Notes under the pieces: generated by a model
Told to the model about the DNA's origin: nothing
The model's input: only the letters and a program-made list of their open reading frames with translations
Database searches by the model: none
Made by a program: the position numbers and the translations under genes
Assembly: GCA_004764695.1 (NCBI GenBank)
Contig: SMSO01000031.1
Location: forward strand, 1,712,436 to 1,776,435
DNA length: 64,000 nucleotides
Origin: Schizochytrium sp. TIO01
Taxonomy: Eukaryota; Protista; Bigyra: Labyrinthulomycetes
Direction of reading: 5' to 3'
Shown: one piece after another, positions 20,122 through 31,819 of the stretch
Layout of the letters: every line of letters begins with the position of its first letter
Position numbering within the stretch: position 1 is the stretch's first letter

Positions 20122-20964
20122 ATGACTAAGGCAAACGAAATTAAGGACATCAGAGAAGACACGACGGAGATAAAGTAAGTACACGATCGAGAGAGGAGGA
20201 GACAGAAGAAGGGGCATCGTGTGATCGATGTGTTGTAGAAAGCAAGCTGGTTTGGTTTGTAGAAGAAGCATTGTTTTGTACTTGTAGTGGCACTAACGAA
20301 GTTGGAAATGGCATACATACTCACTCTCACTGGTTCACCAACAAACAAACACAGGCTTGGTGGAGATGACGTTGGCGATGAGGGCGCAAAGGCCGTCGCA
20401 AAGATGCTCGAGGGGTGCAAGAACCTTAAAACTTTAGAGTACGTTGGTGGATGGAATCTGATTATCCACGGAAAGCCATAGGTAGCCTCGTAATAGGTAG
20501 TACCTATCTACCTACTACGGTTCCTCTCTTTCTTCCTTTCTTTCTCTTTCTTGCTTGCTTTCTTTTTGTGTTAAAGAGGCACCAAAACGAAACACTGCTT
20601 CTGTTGTGTGTACCTAAGTTGTTGGAAAGTATAGAAATTAAGAACAGAAGCAAGGAATAAAGGAAGTCTACTACTAGTGTCTTTATTTAATGCGAAAGCA
20701 GAAGATGAAGAAGAAGAGCTGTTGTTAGGCATTTTGAAGAAAGTAAAAGAGGATCAATAGAATCACTGACCTGAGCTGCCTTTCCTGATAACGAATGAAA
20801 ACTTATATATTTATACTCACAGGCTTTGGGGAAATGGAATTGGCGACGAAGGCGCAAAGGTCGTCGCAAAGGCACTCGAGGGATGCAAGAACCTTCAACG
20901 TTTGTGGTACGTTGGTGGAATCATCCCCGAAAAGGTATAGGTACCCTAGTTTCTCTCTTCCTTC

Positions 20965-21035
<71 letters not shown>

Positions 21036-24000
21036 TTTAATGATGATTCGAGTGGAAAGGAATTGAAATGTAGTTTAGAAAGGAAGAGACCTCTTTTCTT
21101 TTCAAGAGAAAGGGGATAAAATACGAAAGGAGAAGAAGAAGACGTGGGATTATTTTTTATTAGTCATTTTGAAGAAAAAAAGAGAGGATCAATAGAATCA
21201 CTGACTGAAGCTGTCTTTCCCGACAACAAATCGACTCATTGTTTATACTCACAGTCTTCATAAGAACAACATTGGCGATGAGGGCGCAAAGGCCGTCGCA
21301 GACGCACTCGAGGGATGCAAGAACCTTCAACAATTGTTGTACGTTTGTGGAATCTTCCATAGAAAGCCGTCGGCAGCCTCGTTTTATAGATAGTACTACG
21401 GTTCCTCTTTCTTTTCTTTTTTTAACCTTTCTTTGGGGTAGGAAATTACTGCTACAACTTTGTAGTTGGATAGTTTAGAAATTAAGAGAAGAAGGAAGGA
21501 AAAGAGGAAGTCTGTCTTTACTAAATGAGGGCCAGAAGTAGAAGAAGATGACTTCTCCTGCGATTTATTTTTTTTAAATTAATTTAAAAAAGAAAAAAGA
21601 AAATAAAAGAATAAAACAAGGGAAAAAGAGCGCTAACTATTTGCCTGGAACTGTCTCCCCTGACAACAAATGAACTCATTGTTTACACTCACAGTCTTCA
21701 GGATAACAAGATTGGCAATGAGGGTGCAAAGGCCGTCGCAAAGTCTTTGCATAAAACATGTCCTTCTGTTCAAATCTAGTAAGTTCTGTTCCCTCTGCTG
21801 CTTTCCCCAGCTTGCACAGAGCCTTCCCTTCGCTGGTTCTCTCTGTGCCTCCATGGACTTGCGAGGCCGTCTTTAAATGTGTTCATCGCTTTTCTAACAA
21901 TCCATTCGTTAATTCATTCGTTTACAAAACGCAGTTTCTATGGTTGGAAGTCTTTGACTCCCAAACAATTGTTCGAAAAGGTGTGTTCTCCTGGAGAGTA
22001 CATTAGTTCCTCCTCAGACATTCATTCCTGCATCTCCATGGGATTTGATAGTGCAGAGCCTTGGCTTCGGTGGTTCTCTCTATGGCTTCGGTGGTTCCTT
22101 CTGTGTCTCCGTGAATTCTCTCTGTGGTTCTTTCTATGTCTCCGTGAATTCTCTCTGTGGCTTCGCTGGTTGTTTCTGTCTCTCCGTGGACTTGCGAGAC
22201 CATCTTTAGATGCGTTTATCGTTATTCTAACAAGCGCTTTTATTCTCTTTCATTCGTTTATTCATTCGTTGACAAAATGCAGTTTCTATGCATATTTGTC
22301 TTTTAAAAAATTGTTCGAAAGGGTGCGTTCTCTTTGGGAGGACATATTTGGGTAAGTTCATATGATTTCTTTGTTTGGGATTGTGGTCATTCATTCCACG
22401 AACTGTGTTGTTGAGATAGAGGGAAATCCTAACTTTTGCTTCTGCTTCTGCTGCTACTTCAACATCACTTTGCTCGTTTGTTTACGTCTTTTTGTTCACC
22501 TCAGAGATTTGACGGATAGAGCGAACGTGCGTTTCGCTAATGTGGTGCGGCTTGCCAAGGAAGTCTCGGACTTGCGCGCGGACCGAGGCGGGGTCAGAGA
22601 AAACTCCCTGCAGACTGGGATTGCCTTGCTTGAGGAATTCGTAGGGCCGGCGATTCAGGACTACCTTGCCCAAGTGAAGTTGCGACAGGTTTCCGCTGAC
22701 ATCAAGAACTCCAAAGAGAGTCTTGACGCACTACAAGGCCAGATTCGTGCAAGCTCTGCAAATGACTTGCCCAGCCTCATCGAAAAGCGGAACGCCGAAC
22801 GGAGGCACCTGCATTCACTTTTGCAGGCCGTGTACCCATGGGTTCGTGCAAACCTTTGCGAAAGTGATGAGGATGTAGTGCGCGAATTCAAAGTGAGAGT
22901 TGAAAGTTTGGTACTATTTTTAAATATCAATCTTGCACCAGTCACTGAAGAGACAAGCGCAGATGGTTTCCAACAGTGCCGAGAACTCGTTGTGCAGGCT
23001 GCCAGGTGCGTCGAAGAATACAAGAAGAACGGAGAAAACAGACCAAACAACGTTGGCGAGCAAAGCCAACAAGCTGAAAAACGCGCCCTCTCTCAATTGT
23101 CTGATCTAGAACTTGGTGATAAATTACCGGGTCCCAAGAGCATGACACCTGAGCAGGCCATGAAACTAGAACCCGAATTATCTAAACTGGAGAGTGCTCT
23201 CCAGGAAGAGCTCGAAGTTCTACAAGGAGATACACTTAGTGGCCCATTGTCCAGAATACTTTGCGCGATAAGTTCAACATTTGTTCGTTTGGAAAATAAC
23301 TCTGCAAGTGCTGTGTTGAATGGAGCGAGCAAGTGCACGCCACAAGAGATCTCTGAACTGTATGACTATGTAGTACTGGGTCTAGGAAAGCCAAGTACCT
23401 CAGATGTTGAGGAGCTATACCAGAAACTTGACAAGTCGAGGAAAGCCACAGAAAGTCTAAAGAAAGCCAAAGAACTTGAAACAGAGGACTTGGACGAGGA
23501 GGTTCGAGCATATTTTAGGGATCGAATCAATGAACAAGAGCTCATTCTCTCTCAAGGCAATCCTATCGAGCTTAGCAAAGCCTTTCGTCATAAGCTTGCT
23601 GAAACTCTGCAACATGCGCAGGAACATTATCCTGAGCTACTGCAAGATAGAGCCTGGCTGAAAAAGCTTCACATAAGCGCAGAGGGTGTTTTTGAAGTAG
23701 CTTGTTCTGATCTTTGGCTGGCGAACGTCGAGATTTCAGACTTCAAGCCTGTTGGAGAACTCCTAGCTTCCAGAGGAGGTAAGACTGTCCAGAAGGTTCT
23801 TGATGGAGATGGCAGAACTCTAGTTCTCAAACAGTTTCAGCTTGGGCATACAAGTCAATCCAAAACCTTCTACAAACAAGTTGCCAATCTGGGCAAAGTT
23901 GTTTCTCAGCACGTGATCCGTATCACTGGTGCTTTTGTGGACATGACTCATGGAGCACCGCGTGGCTGTATTGTCATGCCTTTCTACGAGCAAGGTGACC

Positions 24001-25193
24001 TTGCCAAGTGGATTGAGTCTCATCCTAACGAAGGTAAAGCAGCGCGCGACCGACTTGCTATGGGCCTGCTCATCGGTATGGCGGATTTACATACCCACGG
24101 CATTGTGCATTGTGACATCAAACCAGAAAACATTTTCCTCACAAGCAACGGGACACCATTAATCGGCGATTTCGACGGAATTAAGGTTGCAGACTACACT
24201 GCAACGTACACATCACTTCAAGCAACGCCAAAGTATCTTGCCCCCGAGTTGCAGAATGGGCCTGTTTATAAGTTTGAAACAGCGATGGACATGTATTCCG
24301 TGGGTGTAAGCTTAAAGGAGCTGTATCACACTGAACGGACTGCTGCGATGCAGACACTTATCGATGCTCTTACCGCAACAGATCCTGGTCAGCGTCCAAC
24401 TGCTCGCCAAGCACTCCAACATGAAGCTTTTGGAGCTCCTAAGATCCCTCTCAAGATATGTCTAGTATGCATGGAGGAGCATCAGCTTTCCGAAGGCACG
24501 AGCTGCGAGGAGGGAGACTTCCTTTGCAGAGACTGTATCGAATCTGCAATAGAAGCGGCGGCACAGCCACTAGCTAACGTAAGAGTCGATGCTGATGGAA
24601 CGATGGAGTGCATGAAACCTGAATGTGTTGGAAGAATATCAGGTCAAGAAATCACTCGTCTTGCACCAAGTGCTTTAAATCATCTTTTGTTGATTGCGAA
24701 GACGAAGGCAGAAAATGAAGCAGCAGTTTGGGCTGAGCAAGAGATCCAAAGGCGCATAGCAGAAGCTTTGCGTGCAGATGGACAGAATCGCGACGCACAG
24801 CGGCATTTACTACATATTCAAGAGAAGATCTTGAGCACATGTTGTCCGAACTGCAAGGCATATGTACACGATTTTGACGGTTGTTGCGCTGTAAAGTGTG
24901 GTAATGATGGTTGTGGTCATAGCTTCTGCGCTTGGTGTCTTGAGTTTAGTTCTCAGGATTCACAAGCTTGTCATGCTCATGTGCTAATCTGCTCAAGAAA
25001 TCTTAGCAATAATAAGTCATATTTCGCTGAGTCATTCGAGCAGGTTCGTGAGGCGTGGCAGTTGTTACGTGCAGAACGCCTACACGAGTATTGGAATGCG
25101 AATATTCAAGATGCAAATCTTGGACATGCTCTCGAACAGCAGCTTGTGCCACTGCTAACGCCAGACATCGTTGGCCCAGAGTTTAAACTGTGA
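20122..25193 (+). CDS. LRR - helical - protein kinase - RING1/Rcat (RBR-like E3 ligase) multidomain protein
   Basis: Phase-2 exon chain: 20122-20174 (MTKANEIKDIREDTTEI), 84-nt LRR exons 20355-20438, 20823-20906, 21255-21338, 21695-21778, short exons 21935-21997 (tentative) and 22283-22351, final exon 22505-25193. Kinase motifs VLKQF, HCDIKPENIFL, DFD, YLAPE; RING CLVC...CEEGDFLCRDC...CMKPEC; Rcat-like CPNC...DGCCAVKC...CGHSFCAWC. Confidence 0.82.
20966..21033. repeat. (TTTC)n microsatellite in an intron
   Basis: Direct reading. Confidence 0.9.
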
Positions 25194-26098
25194 AAGCTTT
25201 TAAAAAATGATTTTAGTAACTAAGCTTTAGGTGCATTGTGCTTTTTGTGTAGATGCCTAGGCTTGGGTAAGAGCAAGGTTTGATCTTTCTTGCTTAAAAT
25301 GAAATTTGCTACTACCAAGCGTTACAATAGCTCAATATTGTCATGCACGAATCCTACTTTACTATGATACAAGTTTAGAGACAAATATCAGAAATTTACT
25401 GATATTGTGAAAAGCTTCATTCTACCTGTCACGAATTGTTTGTGTGTCTAAAGTATCGTGGTAAAAGTAGAAGCAGACTATTCTCTCGCTTCTTTAAAAG
25501 ACTTTATTAGCTCGATCCTTTTCGACCATCACATCAATAATCTTCTTGTGAAGTTCCTCCTGGTTTGCATCAGCTGTAGGACCGTTATGGGGACAAATCG
25601 TGGTCAGTTTGTTTACTTGCGTGCAACGGGAAAGTTAAAAGAAAGGGGGAGCACGCCGACTTTGCTGGTGGATGCCTTACAGCTTCTGCATATTTAGTGC
25701 GCAGTAGCTACGCACCAATTCTCAAAAGACATTGGGAAGAAGCCCATCATCGTCAACCCGTTTATCCTATCGATGTTACTTGGTTTGAATTAATGGAAAG
25801 GGATCCAGACCAGTGGGTTTTTTCAAGACCCAAACTTGTTAAACAAAGATCTTCTTATTCAGATATTCAAAGGGGTATGTAAATTATGGGGTTTGAATGG
25901 TTAAGTTAAAATGAAAGAAAAGAAAAGAAACAGAAATTGAAAGAAAAGGCTTCTAGCTAGACCTAGATTTTATTTTTATTTTTGTAGTTCTGGTTATACC
26001 CATTTTATAGACTAAAGAATAAATAAAGCCAGGCACGAAAGAAAAGGGGGAAAGAAAAAGGATTTTGGTTTAAGTAGAACGCAATTGAGAACGACAAC

Positions 26099-26977
26099 AT
26101 GTGGAAGGTGCATTGGATCATTGGTGGTTCTTCTTGTGGAATTGGTTTAGTCGCGTTAATTATTGGTCAAGTTTTCGTTAATTCTTCCATAACGCTCATT
26201 TGGGGAATCTACTACCAGCTCAATAGAGAAATCAATCAAGGCGATGCTCTGATGAGATCAGTGGTTAGCAATTTCCAAAGCCCGTGTGCCTTATTTGAAA
26301 ACAACACCATGGCATGTTGGGGAATATCTAGCTACAGTCGATTTGGCACAACGTATGCAGACACGCGCAACTTTTTAACATCTCCTGCAATGATTGACAT
26401 CGGCTTTGACGGTGTTGGCATTGCCAAGCTTACCACTAATGAATACGCCAGCTTCGTTGTGTTGGACGCGGACAGTGTTGTCTACAGCACGGGAGTTAAC
26501 TTCAATAAAACGATCACGCCAGAATACACTGATGAAGTTCTTCTATGAATCCCGGCCGAGACTTCAGGGAATGAAAATGTTAACTTGTGGTATGTCAAAC
26601 GCTACACTATGTATGTCAAGAAGCGCGGGTCTGGGGAAGTTTACTGCAAAAGCCTCAGTACTTATGCACTATTTGGCTCGTCCAGTACAGCTAATCATTA
26701 CACTGGATTTACTCTGGCGCCTTACTTGCAGGATGCACGGATGGTGGTGGGTAATGAAGAATATACCCTCGTCATGTATGTTAACGGCACCGTTGCTGCC
26801 TTTGGCCGAAACTACTACAAGCATCTCCAGGATTCGGATGATACTATTGTTAAGGCGCCTCAGGTTTATGACGAACTGTATTGTTTCCCCAAGAACGTCC
26901 CAGAAGCTTACTTGAAGTACAAGGCTCTCTTGAGCCGCTTAGAATGTACAATTCAGTTTAAATATATTGCGCTCTAA
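26099..26977 (+). pseudogene. RCC1/BLIP-II-like repeat protein with N-terminal hydrophobic segment, one in-frame TGA (26546-26548)
   Basis: ORFs 26099-26548 and 26585-26977 are in the same frame, joined by IPAETSGNENVNL; RCC1-like motifs CALFENNTMACWG, SFVVLDADSVVYSTG, TLVMYVNGTVAAFGRN. Confidence 0.6.
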
Positions 26978-29546
26978 TGAAATAACGACTCATTGGACCT
27001 CCAGAATCAAAGCATCAATCGAGCAGATATGTATTATTTCATCAAAACGAACAATCTCAAAACTCAATTCTTGAAAAGTTAAGACCTCCATTTCGTACAA
27101 ACCGAATAATAATCACAAAAAGAAAAGAAAAGCAAAACAGAGATTCTGCGTGCTTAAGGTGGATAACATATTTCGAATAGTATCTAAATATGGTGAAAAT
27201 CATCGTGTACATGGGTTTGTGATATTCATATCAAGGACTTGTTTAAGTGTGCCGGGCTTCCCATTAAGTTTTGCCCTGCTAACCCCCGAAATTGTGAGTA
27301 GCTATAGGAGACAGGATTGGGCGGTCCCAGACTGTGACATTAAAAAAAGAAGTAAAACGAACGTCCACATATATAGTCTAGAAAGAAATATAAAATTTAA
27401 TCCCCCTACGAATAGAAGAAAACCTGAGCTTGTATGACAGCTTTGCCTAGTTGTGCCAATACTTACTTCTCAACATACGCAACAAACGTTTTTATCCCGT
27501 GCTTTAACAAACTGGCTGCTGATGAAAACAATCAGTTTCGAGATGTGTTGGAGACGGAAAGAGTGACCACGTCTTGAATAAGCTAGTCGATGGTACTCCG
27601 CCATGGGATCAATATTTTCAACAATCTTCTGAGGCTTTACATTCTGCCGTTTTTTTTCTTTTCTTCTAATTGTGAAAAACCTCCATGTCTATGAATAGCA
27701 CATTCGCAAATTAAAATAATACTTGTCTTGCTCAAAAGAAGTAACATTTTCGCAAACACGTGACTGTCTAGGTTCATCGACATCGAAACGACGGAGCGTT
27801 TGCGTCTTTGCTAAAAAAAAATTAACTCAACAATTTCATATTCGCTATGCATAAATAGAATTTGCAAGAATGTGTTCATGACTCCGCAATCTCCATAATT
27901 CAATTGTGGTCAATCGCAAATGTTCGGTGCTAGAATTGCCCCTTGCATAGCGTTAGTATCATACCTCCAGGAAAGCACGCAGCCAATTGCAAGATATCTT
28001 CTCTGCCATACGCCTTGACGAGACCACTGGTATTCCATGTGAAAGCGAAGAGCCTTAGTTGTGCAGGGCCATTATGAAATCTCATTCTGAGCCATTCATA
28101 GTGAATTATTACTAACCTTTTTCGATAATCTGCGTTTGGCAGAACATACCTCCCCCCTGTTATTAGGTTCTCCAGGAGTGTCCAGATCTAAATGCGATTT
28201 GTAAGATTGGTCTTCCAAAGACAAAGCATTTTCGTCGCATTTGGAAAGCGTCAACATGCTCCCTCTTTTTTAGCGAACTTATGCAAGAATTGCTTCTTGC
28301 TTGTGCAAGCCCGTGCTTCATGGGTATTGATTATATGTTCGTATTGCCATCCATCTCGCTTCGACTTGAAGTTGCTTACATACAGTTGGACTTGTTCTTC
28401 GAAGGGCTTTTTGAGGGATGCAATGTACATAACTTGCAAGTCATTGAAAATCTTTAGACATTCAAGCCTTGCAGGCGAGAGCCTAGGCCTAACAACTGTC
28501 CCATTGTATTCACATCTAAAAAATACCCTTGCCTCCTCAATCGGCTTCGTATTTGATTGCGATACCTACATCGACCAAACCTTTGTAGGCAGCCAGCGGT
28601 GGCATCTGAAAACATGCATCTTTGGCGAGGCTGCTGCAGTTGTGCTTGTCAGCACTCCTCATTGTCGTCGTGGCATTGTATAATACACGTGTCGACGGGG
28701 CGGACGAGCCATAGCGCGCAAGCTCAGTTCCTGTCGGACTGAAGAAATCTGGCCCAGTCTCAGTTCTTTCTTATTTCCCCTTATCCATTCTTAGGCTGAA
28801 CACGTGACTATATTTATAGATAAATAAACAAATAAACAAATTAAAAAAAACTTCCTCAAGAACTAGCAGATGCACATAAGTACTACCTTTTTAGTTAGAG
28901 GTAACAGACTTTTAAAAAAAGTTTCAGGCCAAAACAATCACTCATCTCGGTTAATATCTTGAGGGAAGAAAAACAATTTTAAAAGGAGAAGTAAATACAT
29001 ACAAAAAAAGCAATCATCATTGGGGCCAAGTTTAGGATGCTGAGACCGTGTTCTTGATTTACGAACCGCTGATAGGGGTAGCTTGATTGTTATTTGGCAG
29101 CGCGATCTAGTCAGCAATGGTTCATCGTAAGTGCTTTCGCCAATATGTGCTATACAGGTGCCGCCTTTAGCCATTCTTGCAGCATTAACAACCACACCAT
29201 TACAACAAATTGTGTACCCAGTCTTTCAAATTAAGTACCAACGACGTAGGTAACGGTGCTTAGCAATTGTGTTCCTGGTAGGACAGGGCGGATCTAGAAG
29301 GCAACGCCTAATAGAGAATATGCTTTTAAACAAAGCTCTGAGTGGATCTTGGATCGAGTGTATGCGCTTACTGGTGCTAGCGCATGAAGCGAAATTAGAG
29401 AACCACTCCTGAGCTGCGAGCAAAACCGAAATCGGTTTGCAGAATATATCTACACAAGAAATAAACTTGTCCTAAGTGTCTTGTAAATCTGAGTTTCAGC
29501 AACAGTTGCATTCCGAAATCGAGGAGTAGGAACTCTTGCCGTGAAC

Positions 29547-31475
29547 ATGGACTCGAGCGGGCTACTCAAGCTAGCAGCAGGTGCCGGTGCTGGGCTTGCT
29601 GCTGTTAAACTGCTCAACGAGAAGTACTTGCTATCGAATGATTTCCAGGTTCTGAAAAAGCTAGCCAAGCTCGGACATCTTGAAAAGCTTCCGCAAGATA
29701 CTACTTTAGTAGACCTTTGGGAAGAAAAGGTCGCAGCTACGCCCAATAAGGCTGCTCTCATTTTTGCAGAGAGCGGAGAGACGCTTAGTTTCCGCCAGGT
29801 TGATAACCTTGCCGGTTGTGTGGCGAAGTTGCTTCGGGATAAAGGACTGCAAGCGAACGATGTGGTTGCGCTCTTTGCGGATAATAGCCTTCCGTACATT
29901 TGGATTTACCTTGGCATTATGAAAGCTGGAATGATTGCAGCTCTCATAAATAGCAACAATAAGGCTAAGCCTCTACTTCATAGTCTTGATGTAGCATCCT
30001 GCCGGGCGTTGATTTATGGTGCTGAGCTTGAGGAACCTCTTAAGGAAGTCGCTGACGAAATTGCTGAGCGTAACTATGTCTGTATGTACTCGTTTGACGA
30101 CAACGTGCGTAATATTCGTGCAGAGGGCTTCCTCCCGGGAGTACAACGCCTGGAGGATTGCCTCCCTTCCTCTCCTCCCCAGGCCACTCGGAATTGGAGA
30201 TCTCATCTGCACAAGCTTTCTCCCGTTGCCTACATTTACACCAGTGGCACAACGGGCCTACCTAAAGCCTGTGTGATGACAAGCTATCGTCTCATGACAA
30301 TGGCGATGACATTGAGTGTTTATGATGTCACTGGAAATGACATATCGTACACTTGCCTCCCGCTTTACCATTCAAGTGGAATGGGTCTCGGGTTTGGTAA
30401 TGGGATCCACAATGGGTGTACAGTGGTCATTTCTCGCAAATTTTCAGCGTCTCGTTTCTTCAAGCACTGCGCAGACTACAACGTCACCGCTGTACAATAC
30501 ATTGGCGAACTCTGCCGGTATCTTCTCAATACGCCCAAGTCTGAGAATGATAAGCGGCATCAAGTCCGCGTAGCAGTCGGCAACGGTCTCCGTCAAGAAA
30601 TTTGGGTGCGTTTCCAGGAGCGCTTCAATGTACCCGAGATTGGAGAGTTTTATGGTGCCACTGAGGGAAATATTTCCTTTATGAACCACTGCAAAGGTGT
30701 TCTTGAAGGCGACCTCTCTCGTGTTGGTGCTGTAGGTCGGATCGGCCCTCTTTTCACCAAGCTCATGAAATTTAAGATTGTGCGTCATGATGTAGAAAAA
30801 GAGGAGCCAGTGCGAGACACAGAGACTGGATTTTGTATTGAATGCGCTCCCGGGGAGCCGGGTGAACTCCTGGGTCTCATTGACCCAGGTCGATCCTCTG
30901 CTAAATTTGTTGGCTATACTTCCAAGGATGCTAGCAGTAAAAAGATTATGACAGATGTTTTTGTTAAAGGAGACGCTTACTTTCGCACTGGCGATTTAAT
31001 GCGTCATAACCGAGACGGGTTCATGTATTTTGTGGACCGTGTAGGCGACACTTTTCGTTTCAAGGGTGAAAACGTCGCCACTGGCGAAGTCGCCCTTGTG
31101 GCAGGAACATTTCCGGGCATTATGGAGGCCAACATCTATGGTGTACAGATTCCTGGAAACATGGATGGTCGAGCATGCATGGCTGCAATGGTGCTTGACC
31201 AAGAAATGTCAGTCAATGCTATTGATTGGGCGTCGTTTTCTGACCATGTCCACAAATCTCTCGCGACATATGCCGTTCCTCATTTTGTTCGAATCCTGCC
31301 GAGTATGGATCTTACTGGGACATTTAAGCACCGTAAGGTTGATCTTGCCAAAGAAGGAATCGATCCTTCCTTGATCCACGACCCTATGGTTTACCTCGAT
31401 ACTACTTCGCGCCAATACAAGCCACTAACAACCGAAGCTTACGCAGATATCGTCTCTGGCAGAGCACGTCTCTAA
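29547..31475 (+). CDS. Very-long-chain acyl-CoA synthetase / fatty-acid transport protein (FATP/SLC27, Fat1 family), probably peroxisomal
   Basis: YIYTSGTTGLPK, LPLYHS, QYIGELCRYL, FYGATEG, RTGDL, DRVGDTFRFKGENV; C-terminal ARL is a PTS1-type tripeptide. Confidence 0.95.
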   Translation: MDSSGLLKLAAGAGAGLAAVKLLNEKYLLSNDFQVLKKLAKLGHLEKLPQDTTLVDLWEEKVAATPNKAALIFAESGETLSFRQVDNLAGCVAKLLRDKGLQANDVVALFADNSLPYIWIYLGIMKAGMIAALINSNNKAKPLLHSLDVASCRALIYGAELEEPLKEVADEIAERNYVCMYSFDDNVRNIRAEGFLPGVQRLEDCLPSSPPQATRNWRSHLHKLSPVAYIYTSGTTGLPKACVMTSYRLMTMAMTLSVYDVTGNDISYTCLPLYHSSGMGLGFGNGIHNGCTVVISRKFSASRFFKHCADYNVTAVQYIGELCRYLLNTPKSENDKRHQVRVAVGNGLRQEIWVRFQERFNVPEIGEFYGATEGNISFMNHCKGVLEGDLSRVGAVGRIGPLFTKLMKFKIVRHDVEKEEPVRDTETGFCIECAPGEPGELLGLIDPGRSSAKFVGYTSKDASSKKIMTDVFVKGDAYFRTGDLMRHNRDGFMYFVDRVGDTFRFKGENVATGEVALVAGTFPGIMEANIYGVQIPGNMDGRACMAAMVLDQEMSVNAIDWASFSDHVHKSLATYAVPHFVRILPSMDLTGTFKHRKVDLAKEGIDPSLIHDPMVYLDTTSRQYKPLTTEAYADIVSGRARL

Positions 31476-31819
31476 AAGGAGAATCTATTTGCAGAACTTT
31501 AACATTATCACAACATTCAACCAAAGTAAATAAAGAATGTTATTTCTATCGACACAGCTGAGTTAAACAAAACAGCCTCGCCTTGAGGTGATAGGTCCGT
31601 GCTTTTTGTTTCAGTCCACACTTCTACGTGGACAAAACGTAAAAGTATTTACACTGTACATGTACCTTACACGGGCATTGGATAGGCAGGTTTAAACAAC
31701 ATCGATTCATGTACTTTTAAAAATAACAAAGAAAATTAGTCATCTATTCTCGGATGTTCATACAGCAAGGCTACGCAGGGGTTCAAAAGTTCTTCTGAGG
31801 TTTCCCCTCAATGAACCAT

